The notes under the pieces are model-generated. The model searched no databases. It had not been told where the DNA came from and saw nothing but the letters and a program-made list of their open reading frames with translations. DNA of 64,000 nt, taken from the NCBI GenBank assembly GCA_012295275.1, contig CM022671.1, positions 16,864,001 to 16,928,000 on the forward strand, read 5' to 3'. This DNA comes from Chrysomallon squamiferum (lineage: Eukaryota; Animalia; Mollusca). A program made the position numbers and the translations under genes. Each line of letters opens with the position of its first letter. The first letter of the stretch is position 1. Of the stretch, positions 42,501 to 64,000 are shown piece by piece.

Positions 42501-43758
42501 CCTATTACTTTAAAACAAAAAAGTTTCAAATGGTGTTTGAATAGAAATTATTTTCTTAATCATTCCAGCTTGATAGTGTATCCCTTTAGTCTGTTAAAAA
42601 TTTGTCTATTTTGGAGCTGTTTGAACTGATCTTCAGAAATACAAATTAATAACACTTACATAACAAAATACAAAATTATATATTACTTTTAATATTTAAA
42701 GATTTGATCTGAAATATTTAGGCTTATGTGCAAAATTTTGTAGGTAAAGAACATACTCAAGTTTTTGTTCCCAGTGCCAAAAGATGAAAGCAGAAGAGTT
42801 ATGACATTTGCAAATGAAGATGACTACATTTCATTTAGGTAATTACAATTTTCTTTATCCTCATTTTGATTCTTGACAATTTTTATTCCTATAAATTTTA
42901 ATAACAGATAAGCAAATATAAATAGAATTACTGATATTAACATACATGCACACTACTGATAGTTTATTTTGAATTTGTCTGGTTCAGGTAAATGGATGAA
43001 TGAAATTTGTTTAAACAGTAGTAATAATAGTAACTAATTATTTTTACCTGTTTATTAGTTTCATCCACACTGCTGTAAACTGTGTAGGGAAAGGATCAAA
43101 CGTCACAATTAACATCTTTAAAAAGTTTTATTTTCAACAGCTTTCTTTCCTTTCAGACATAATCATGATAAGGAATGTTTTTTTTTTTGGAATTAACAAT
43201 CAAATTTTTTATTTCAGACATCATGTTTACAAATATGGTGAAGGAAGACAAATTGAACTTCAGGAAGTAGGTCCAAGGTTTGAAATGAAATGTAAGTTTA
43301 TGAAAAAATTCAAAAGATTTCTTGCTTTTCTGAATAAATTTTTTATTTTATTGATGAATTAAAATTTAAATTCACAGGTGACAGAGAAGATAAAACTTTC
43401 CCTTAAAATGTCTGGTATTTGGTCATAACCCCTATTGAAGAACGATAAGAACTTTAGCTAATTTTGAAATTGCTTTTTCTTTATTTGTGAAATATTTATC
43501 AGCTTATCTCTTGTGAGGTGTATTTGTATATGTTATTACTGCCATCGTTTTATATGTATAATGAATAATTTATGTTTGCTTTTGCCAATTTTATTAGCAT
43601 TCATAAATCAAAAGCTTACATATTTTAACGATTCTTTTTTTTTTGTATATCAAATAATTCTTGGAACTATAGATATTGCTGACAGTGCAGATGTCGAATG
43701 GGTTCATAGACCATACATGAACACAGCAAAGAAACGCAAATTTCTTTCTGTTGAATGA
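39568..43758 (+). CDS. IMP4: U3 snoRNP protein IMP4 (Brix domain), 291 aa
   Basis: Exons 39568-39570 (ATG only), 40225-40333, 40622-40705, 41097-41206, 41684-41816, 42325-42479, 42744-42838, 43218-43291, 43646-43758. Motifs [74 protein letters not shown]. The last acceptor reads TG as assembled. Confidence 0.95.
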
Positions 43759-45668
43759 AGCTTGTGGTAACATGAAGCAAACAAAAGCATCAATTGATAT
43801 CTGGTTGTTCAGTCCAGTATAATAAATGTGAAGGATATGTGGAATTTGCAGGTGGATCAAAAATACACATGAAAATGTATGACAGGTCACAGCACACAAG
43901 CTGAATTATAATAAATATGAAAGAGATGTGGAGTAGTTGCACATTTCTTGCATCAAAGGTACACATAAAAATGTGTGATAGATGAAAACAATCAGACAGT
44001 AATTTCAAGATTCCTGGTGTGAACTGAATTAAATATGGAATGTAACTTCGTTTTTCTTATTCATTAAGACAAATATTAATTGTTTATGGTGACCATGTTA
44101 TGCTTAGAAGAAGTCATAGTTGAATGGAGAACTGTTATGGCTGCCTATTCCATTAAGAAATTTAATGAGAACCTTGGTTTGAACAGATTTAAATATGTCT
44201 AGATGTTATTTTTATTCATAAAGTAAATATTTATTGGACATATTTCACAAAGCAGTTTTAAAAGAAGATTAGTGTAACACACTATGTAAATGTACGCAAT
44301 TTCTGTAGATCATGACAAGAGTACTGAGTGTAATACCTGAAATAGTACATAGTGATGCTGCCATTTTTGTATAAATTGAAAATCATCAAGATTTTAAATA
44401 AAATGGACATATTTTGAAAAATAATTGTTAATTGTTTTAATTAGATGGGTTTAACTGAATAAAATCATCACATGAGAAATTAAGATTTTAAAATCGAGTT
44501 AGGTAATAAGCAGTTGACGTGAGGAAAATGTGTGAAAGAAGTAGTACTAACAAAAAATACACAGATACATGGTACAGCAATTTTAAAAAAGGAGCCTGGA
44601 ACCATTAATAACAATGATTTTTCTGTAACAGAATTTCATTAAATAAGAGAATACAACAAACATAATGTCTTGTAGGATTTTATTTACTTCAAACAAAAAG
44701 AAAACATTTTCTTATAACAAAAGCTGGCACTTTACAACTGTAAAGAAAGAAACAAACCAACAAAAATAATATAAATAAACAAACAATAACAAACACTTTG
44801 GGATAATCTTTTTGTCCTGATCTAGGAATGATTTTGTAAATATTTTGATGCATGCAATACTATAATGCTATAAAATAAATAATTTTGGAGTGAGGAGAAA
44901 GAGGAACATGTTTATCATTTCTTTAAACAAACATATTCAGAACAGTTCTAGATACTAATGAAAATAAAATAAGACAGAGTGAAAGATTTAAAGAGTTGTA
45001 CACACTTCGTTTAACAACCATTATAAATAATACAAAAAGAACATTTGTTAAAGAAAGCACTCGACTATATACAAATGTGTAAATAAATAAATAAAAAGCA
45101 CAATTACTGTATGATTACCATTATTATGAAAAGCATTTTTAATTTACAAAACTAGATTTGATTCTGGTGAAATTATTAATTCCTAACTACAAAATCTAAA
45201 TTATTACAAATAATATAATTTTTAGTTCCTTGCTATCATTCAAGTATATATTCCCTAAAAGCTGCTCAGTGAAATGTTATTTTTATAACTGATCCACTTT
45301 TAAAACTTTAAAATATGAGAAAATAAACCAGCTGAGGAGACTTATTTTATTATTTGAAGTAAAATAAAAACACGTGAAAACATTAAAACTAATGGGAATG
45401 CATGAGAACCTATTAGATTATTAACCTAATAAATATACTATATTTTAGCAATTACATCATAATAAATTATAAATATACCAATATATCTATTGTTACATTA
45501 ATTATTTACTTAAATATAAATTATTGGATGAATGTTTATTCAACTTTCTAGGTTTGTCCTTATGAAAATGCCTCACATCTGAAAAACACACATCTATCTG
45601 CACACCTTAAAACATTGAAACAACTGTTTGATTTTGTTCTCTGAAAGTGATGGATGTCAATCATGCTG

Positions 45669-48564
45669 CTATTTATCTGACAGCTGAGCTTCAAACAGGT
45701 CCAACAGTCTTTTTATCTCTTTACTGGACAATGGTAAAGGAATATAAAATGTGACTATAATAAAACATAATAAAACTGATAACTATTTGGTTGTATCTAT
45801 TGACAGAAAGAAATGAGCAATTAATTATTTTTTTTTATATCCATGTAATTCTGACTTCTGGGATCGTATGAACAACATTATATCAAAATACATTTTTTAT
45901 TTCATTTTTTTTTTTAAATATTTATATTTATTGAAACTTGAAAGAAAATATTTTATATATTTCTGTTACAAGCATTTTCAAGCCATGAAAAGGAAACACT
46001 AATAACAAATAAAACTTAATAAATTAAAATGTGTAAATTAAGCTTTGACAATGATTTGAACATTATAAACAATATAAACAATATAAAGGATACATCTGGT
46101 GGGCTAACTGGTAAATAGGCTTCATGTTGTGACTAAGTTCTTCACATTTTGCCATCAAAGCATACATTGACTGAAAAATTAAATAATGAATTATTATTAA
46201 ATTATCTAGCCTGCATGTCATGTTCAGCCTTATAAGGTGTTTTTTTAATGTTTTTTTCTCCATTAAATTTTTCATCGTCAACCTGTCGTAACTAAAATAT
46301 CTAACATGTAAAACATTAAAATTTACAGTCAGATTTTTAATTATATATAATCATTTGTTATTACCTTTATACTGCTGTCCACAGAATCACAAGTTATATC
46401 TACAGATCTTTGATAGGCCTCAAGACACCCAACAGAAATTGCAGACATCTAAGGACGAAAAAGATATATACATCTATTAATGATTTATACTGTAATAAGA
46501 AATTTAAATGTTCTGAATATAAAAGTAAGGTTTCAAAAAAAAGTTCATGGCTGAGCATGATATAAAACAACATCTGAAACATTTTGTTTGATTTATTAAT
46601 GTGGCTGCACTGTAAAAGTAACTAAATTTATAATAAAAGCAACAGCTGAATGTATTTTCAGTCTGACAATGTGCATTTGCTAGCATCACTTAAATCATGC
46701 CAAACAATGAAACTCGTTGAAAGATCTCATTGAAACATGAACCAATGGTCTTTTTCATTTTAACTGATTTTTTTTGTTTGTTGTTGTTAAAAATACTTAT
46801 ATATATACATAACAATATCAAATTATTTCATATTTTATCTGAACATTATTACCTCAGAAGTTCAATTACCAATGTTTGCACAACACATGCTCTGTCATGA
46901 GCAGTCCCTAGTTTAGAACCTGTGATCTGTGTCATTTAAACACAAGCTCAACACATGAATAATTAGTATCAAAAGGGAGCAAAATTGCAATATATAAATT
47001 ACTAAAAGTTTCATTTTTAAAAAAATACGAAATTACCTTGTGTAGACTTCCTTTAAGGTTGCCCATCATTAAGTCTATGCTGTCTGCAACAAGTCGAGCC
47101 TGGTTTTCCAGATCAATGATAGCTTGGGGGTCAATAGGAGGAATATCATCTGGACTCTGCTGGTACAAACTGCTTGGAGATCGAGAGATTCCTGATGCTG
47201 TTGATGTAGCCATCGATGTTGATGTCGAACTAGACAAGCTGTGAATACTTCTCATACTAGATCTCCTACTGCTAACACTACTTCCTAGTAAAAATAAATA
47301 AATGATAACTTTAGTGTTTATTATTAGATAACAATGATCATTATACTTGCTATTTTCTAGTTAAATGTCCCAGGTAAAGATGTCTTGTAAATATACCATG
47401 ATTTATAAAACTGTAATAGAAATTTCGATAAGTGATACCAAACAATTTTGTTTCATCTATCTTTTAACCAATACAAATCCATTTATAATACTAGATAATG
47501 ATTTTTATGGACTTTTTATGCATCCAATTTCTTCTTTTCATGGTTGTTCTAAAACTTTTCACATTTCTATAGTGTACTCTTATTATCATAATTATGTATA
47601 AAAATAACCTCAGATTATTATTATGTCCATAATAATTTTAAAAAAAAAGATTTATTTATAAATTTAAATTAAACTTCTTGCTTTTGCATCTATTATTTAC
47701 AGTACCTGTTAATGAGATTGGACTGCTGTGTCTTATCTTTTCCTCTAGATCACTGGCAACAAATTCTATCAAATCACCTTTACGCATGATTGTTCCTTTT
47801 GGCAAACTTTTCGATATGTAGTCCTCTGAAGTCAAATGCTGTGCTCGATGTTTTGACGACAGAATTTCTATCGTGTCACTCTGTGCCCTTTCCTTCCTAA
47901 CAAAATGTCTCTTGTCTTTGATTTTCACCTGATCGTCACTCTTACTTCGGTTCCTGTCGTGAGATTTGACTAGAGAAAGGCTAAGAGGTCTCACAGCTCC
48001 GTTCATGACAGGGCTAGCATCATTACTGTTTGTAGGTGACATTCCTGTCACCGGAGCTGACGTGCTATCACTAATTATAGGAGTGTATGTCACCGAATCA
48101 CAGACTGTATCACAGCTTTTCTTGTCACTGTTCGACTGTTGAACAAATGAATCGTCTTCTTCTTTTGTGTCGTCATTTGAGCTCACGTCTTCCAGTGTTT
48201 CTACCGAGTCCGAATGACCATCACAAGCATCCTTATCACCAGACTTTGAATCACAGCTTACAGGTTTTGTCTCTTCAGTTATCTGAGACAAAATATTCAC
48301 ATCATTAGTTGGCGTCTCTTCTGATTTGCAGAAGCTATCACCTAGATGTTTTACAGAGCATTTCGCTTCACTCGACTCATTGCTTTCACAGATCTTAGAC
48401 TGAGGTTCTACCTCATTCACACCATTCTCTAGTACAATTCTCTGCTTGTTGGAGTTTTCTGTTTTTGTTGAATTGTTTTTGGTAACAACTGTGGTCGTCC
48501 ATGATGAACTATCTCCATCTGCGACAATAACTGAAATTTCTGGTTTTTCTTTGTCATCCATCAT
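45669..48564 (-). CDS. BORCS6: BLOC-1-related complex subunit 6 (Lyspersin/C17orf59 family), about 440 aa
   Basis: Exons 48564-47706, 47284-47037, 46448-46365, 46170-46094, 45723-45669. A long acidic/Ser-rich N-terminus is followed by IEFVASDLEEKIR and the conserved C-terminal domain IPPIDPQAIIDLENQAR...MSAISVGCLEAYQRSVDITCDSVDSSIKSMYALMAKCEELSHNMKPIYQLAHQIKEIKRLLDLFE. Confidence 0.88.
45724..46093 (-). other. U12-type (minor spliceosome) GT-AG intron in BORCS6
   Basis: 5' site GTATCCTTT (46093-46085); branch-like TTCCTTTAC (45742-45734) close to the CAG with no polypyrimidine tract. Splicing restores QIKEIKRLL. Confidence 0.9.
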
Positions 48565-49199
48565 GACAAACTAAAGCTGTTAAAGAAAAAAAAAAAAAAT
48601 ATTAACATAAAAATAACTTATAAAACTGTTAATTAAAAATGTCATTTTCACACTGCAAAATTTGACAGACAATTTTCAAACTAGATACAGCTGACTGATT
48701 ATAATCATAAATAATAGTGCTGTTGGTAGCTTTGGTGGCATCTGATACAGCTTATTACAATTTCTGTAATTAATTATCAATTACAATTAATTTTACTGTT
48801 AGTGTTAGTAACAGTAACAGTGACATCCTATCTCACTATCTGTTTTATTACTGAACAATAATTATGACTAATCAAAATGCCAGTTAGAGATACTATAATT
48901 AATCTATCGTGCAACCACAGCTATTTATATCAGTATTGATATAAAATTACATAATAGTGTGATTGTCAAATCACAAAGTGTCATTCATTCAGTCATTCAA
49001 TGTAACGTAACGAGGCTGCTATATGATCGACTGATCAATCAGTAAATTAGAAACAATCGAGAACTGCAAACAGAATCGCATTGAAATATTAACAATCATT
49101 ATTAACTATAAATACTTGTGTAACATAAAATGCGCACTTGTGAAAGTTTTATAATTTTAGTTATAAGTGATTTTTGCATACATACATAAACATTATCAC

Positions 49200-49900
49200 A
49201 AGACATTTTATCGCTTCCTGAATGGGACTACTAGTTGCCGAAAAGTGCCGAAAAGTCCCGTCAAATACCGACAACAAATAACAATATGAAAAATATTTTA
49301 TAATGTGCCAGACTAATTACGAATAGCTCTTACACAGTCGGTAAATATGAATTTATTCTCTATAATTATTTCTTATTAGCTTATTACTGATATTACTTAA
49401 ATTTTTGTTCCTGTGAATTTATTGTTCTTTTAATTGTTTTTCCTTAATAATTATTAACTAATTCTGAATTTCTTCTTAGTAATTCCAAGTCTGTAGTCAC
49501 CAGTTCTGAAATTACTGTTAATAATACCGAGCTTGTTGTTGATAATTTTTTATATAGTTTTTCTCTTAATTAAGTTGTTATAAACAATACTGAGTTTGTT
49601 GTCGGTTTTCTAAATTTCAAAATTTGTTGTTTTACTGATAGTGGAGATATAAAAATACATATAAAACTAAATAATCCCATTTTCGTTCGTTTGTCAGAAC
49701 TGTTCAGTCAACCTTTTTTTTTTTTTTCTTTTTTTTTTCAACAATGTCACGAAATAAATAGCGTTCACACTACCATCATTATGCGACGATTGCTGTCGTT
49801 TTCTGTCTGTCGTTTTCGGTTATTTGAAACAGGAAGCAAAATAAAATATACGCGTATTTCTTTCGATGTTACGTCTTAAAACCATTGTGGAACAGTCTGG
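49200..49900. promoter_or_regulatory. Divergent promoter region of BORCS6 and NOL9
   Basis: CpG-enriched patches between head-to-head genes; ETS-like CAGGAAG motifs near 49213 (-) and 49830 (+); GCCGAAAAGT direct repeat at about 49237-49256. Confidence 0.5.
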
Positions 49901-50568
49901 TTTAAAGTACACGCTGTTTTTGTGTAGAATTGTTAAAGCAGAACATTATGTTCTTTATATACTATTATCGTTAATTTAAGTCATCGTTAGTGCTGTGAAT
50001 GTGTGAATTATTATTATTTATAAAATCAACTAACACGAATTTACATTGGTTATCCCTCACTATGACAACATATGCACAGCTAAACTACTACTACTAGCTA
50101 AGTTACAGTAAGTACCGAAGGCAGAAACTAATATTATATACTAGTAGTAGTCAAAATCCTTTCTTAGTCATAGCCATCCATTAAATTTCTTGCAAATCAA
50201 ACAAAACAAATCTGAACTACACAAGTTTACACTACTTCTGTTCTTGCAAGATTCATCAATATTACTGACAGTGAATAGTGATACGTTGACGACATTAAGT
50301 TTTTATCATAGAGAAATAACTTGATAGCACATATAGTTTACCTTTGATATAAAAATCTTATGGCATTGATTAGCATGAAGTTAGTCCTTCATAACAGATT
50401 CATTAAATTTTACCACTGTTTTTGCCCCAGATCAGTGCATAATAATCAAAACAATTTATTAAAAAAGTATATTCTTTAATTAATTTTTAAACATCTTCAT
50501 TTCAGATGTTTTGATTGTGACTAAATCTACTTGCACTCTCTCTGATTCAATTTATATCCGAACATAAA

Positions 50569-61147
<10,579 letters not shown>

Positions 61148-62381
61148 ATTTTAATAAAAGAATTTCTAATACTTGAAACTGAAGAAAACAATAAAAAATA
61201 AAACTGAAATAAATAAATAAAGTGAAATGAGTGAAATAAATACAAATTTAAATTAAGAAAACAATTCTGTTTCTGTAGAAATTAAAGATTATTTTTGTAA
61301 TATTTGATATATTGTCCATTTTGTTTTAAATTGTTGAGAAAGAATTCTAAACCTGCAAACAGTTTAAGCATCTTGTCATTAAAATTTTGTATTTTATTGT
61401 TTATTTCTTCATTTTTATTTATTACATTTTATTTTTTAAGTTTCTTTTAAATTTAATTTTTGAAGATTGTGTGTAAATGTTTTGGCCTGGTTTATCTTTA
61501 TGTTTAGAGGATAAAAAATTCTAATTTCATTTTATTTAGAATTTCAAAAAGATTTACTTCAGGATAAATTTGTGTTTCAAAAAGAACAAAAGTCTCAATT
61601 TTAAAAATTAAAGATGAGTTTCTTTAGTTGCTTTCATTGGTAAACATCATCTTGCTACTGCTATTCAGAGAGACTTGCCAGTATTTCCTGTTTCAAATAA
61701 TTATTTGAAGAACTGTATGACTCGCATCTATTGATTGTTCTTAACTGTATTTTGATACCATTAAACAAATACTCATTATTTAATAACTTCCACCAGGTCA
61801 TTGTATTTAACAGACAGAACTACACTGACAAACTCTATCTTGTCCATCAGCACATCAATATTCAGCTGCAGTGATGCTCTGGTCATGCAGGTCACAGATA
61901 TTACGGCTTGATGGCATTTCCCCAAATTTTCATCTCACTGCTGTTCCTATCAAGAGACAATTGCCTTGATAGGAGGAGACCAGTAAACCCATTATTCTCA
62001 CTAATCAACCCATTAACACTGCACTGAACTGAAAATCCGGGCTTCCGGACTGCTTAGCTAGGGCAGATGTTAATGTCAGATGAAAGTAAACGGATGATTG
62101 TGTTTGTATTAATAATGAAATCGATGAATAGCACTGTTTAGTTTTTGGGTAATGTAACTTTACACAAAACTGCAAAACGCGAAGTAATTTATAAAATGTC
62201 TGTTGTATCCAGACATTCCTTGTTTATTTTGACATGTAACAATGTAACAATAAAATATTAAAATGTGCAAACACGTTGTTCTCCGACTCTAGCTGTCACT
62301 TTGAACAACAACAACAAGAAAAATAATAAGCCTTTCTCGTAAAAACACGAAACGTTCGATTCAACCAGTTAGAAAGCGCAT

Positions 62382-63287
62382 TTATTTGGAACCTTTCTGC
62401 CCTTCGTTTACCTTCGTTTCGTTGATCTTGTCTTCCAAATCTCGCGTTTTCTCGACAAACTGATCGTCGTTTGCGTGAGTTCGCTTCTCGTGCACTTTTC
62501 TTTTGCTTTGACTGAAGAAGAACTTTTCCCTTGCGGATCTGTGCCACCATTTTATCTTCCTTTTCACGTGCGGTTTTCTCAGTTCGGAAATCTCGTCGAG
62601 TTCTGGTTGACTGGATTTTTCAGTTAATTTCGGACTCTCAGAATGATTTGGTTGTGGGTCTTTCTTGTTACTGTTCTCGCTGTTACGTTTTGCGCCATTA
62701 TTAGCAGTCGTTTGGAGATCGTCTTCCAGTCCTAACTCGGTCTCGGAATCTTCCTTACTTCTTTTTATATGTGTATGCTTATTATCATGTTTCCCATGTG
62801 CTGGCTTCATATGTGGAAAACCATATCTTCTGGTCTTTTCATTTTCCCTCTTCGTACGTGATAATTCAGCTTCGTCCTTTCTTTTCACGCGCGATAATTC
62901 AGCCTCGTCTCCTCTCTTCACGCGTGACAATTCAGCTTCGTCTCCTCTTTTCACGCGTGACAATTCAGCTTCGTCTACTCGTTTCACGCGTGACAGTTCA
63001 GCTTCGTCTCCTCTTTTAACGCGTGATAATTCAGCTTCGTCAGTTCAGCTTCTTTCTCCTCTTTTAATCGCGCGTGATAATTCAGCTTCTTTCCTTTCAA
63101 CGCGTGATGGGGCAATTTCGTCTCTTTTCACGCGCGATAATTCAGCTTCATTAATTCTCTTTACGCGTGATAATTCCTTTTCCTGGTCTCTCTTGACGCG
63201 AGTGAGTTCCAGAAAGGATTCATCTGATCGCTTCTCGCGCTGCAGTTCAGTCTCTAGATTAAGACTGGCTGGATGTAAAGGAATGGC
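62382..63287 (-). CDS. Last exon of a putative secreted polypeptide precursor with tandem xDEAELSRVKR repeats; in-frame TGA at 63047-63045
   Basis: Acceptor ttttccAG at 63289-63288; 302 codons in one frame interrupted by one TGA; ten R-x-K-R furin-type sites plus further dibasic sites; AATAAA at 62228-62223. No signal-peptide exon found in the window. Confidence 0.65.
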
Positions 63288-64000
63288 CTGGAAAAATAAA
63301 ATAAAACACCCCACCTTTGATTAAAACAGAAACAGAAATAAAAACGAAATAATATTTATGATCCGCAGAATTCATTTACTGTATTGCAATTTCAATGTAA
63401 AGAGACAGAGAGAATAATAATAATTAAAAAAAAAACTAGAAAAAAAAAAAAAATAATAATAATAATAAATTTAAAAACAAAAATAATAATAAAAAAATAA
63501 CAATAAATAAAATAAGACTTTCAAAATATCGTACGTTACATAACACCCACAGATTGCTAGTCCAAGTATATTCCACAATAAATCAGCGTTTTTATTAAGA
63601 AAATCTATAACTGCAAAACTGAAATCTCTTTTGTTTTATTCAATTTACATCATCCACGGTGTAAATCCACAGCATTGCGATTGCACATTTTTTTTCTTTC
63701 TCTCAACTGGCTTCATCACTGATTGAATTTCTAAAGTAATATGAATAGTCTCTCTGCAAAATCTTATATAAATCACCGTGATCCATTCATTTTCTAATCT
63801 GAGTTGGCAGCCTCTCAGGAGAGGACTATTGACGCCTTAAATGAAAGTACGACCACACAAGGAAATGATGAATGACTGTTTCGTATTCATTATGCTAAAT
63901 TAAAATTCTTTGTAGAATCAGCTAAATAAGATATGTTGTGCTTGATATATATACCGATTATTCGAATAACTGTACGATAATGCAGGAATAGTTTGTAGGT

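Noticed and set aside
62200-63047. Selenocysteine reading of the TGA at 63047-63045
   Set aside because: No SECIS-like AUGA/AA/GA hairpin is visible before the AATAAA at 62228-62223, and no Cys occurs at the equivalent repeat position.
62665-63324. 219-aa plus-strand ORF (TRDNSASS repeats)
   Set aside because: Antisense shadow of the RVKR precursor; non-ATG start and no independent gene signals.
63300-64000. Signal-peptide exon of the RVKR precursor
   Set aside because: The minus-strand ATGs examined hit stops quickly; the exon probably lies outside the window.

Overview
AT-rich animal nuclear DNA with spliceosomal introns and many microsatellites, probably molluscan (inferred from a decayed Meta-type SINE). 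Five conserved multi-exon genes can be assembled by hand: HDHD5 (+), ISY1 (-), IMP4 (+), BORCS6 (-) and NOL9 (+). ISY1/IMP4 and BORCS6/NOL9 are head-to-head pairs. The left end holds a disrupted unknown spliced gene (-), and the right end holds an exon of a repetitive RVKR-cleaved secreted precursor (-). The most striking unexplained structure is a recurring 'splice-junction echo': exon/intron boundaries copied, often in tandem, into the neighbouring intron. Examples are 18 copies of an HDHD5 donor that form in-frame 24-nt pseudo-microexons, about 17 copies of a NOL9 acceptor, and smaller echoes in ISY1, IMP4, NOL9 and the left-end gene. Two echo units also reappear kilobases away in other introns. 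Other points of note: a tandem array of in-frame cassette-like exons in the 11.3-kb HDHD5 intron, a U12-type intron in BORCS6, and several single-base frame/splice anomalies that may be assembly errors. All gene models are manual and lack transcript support.
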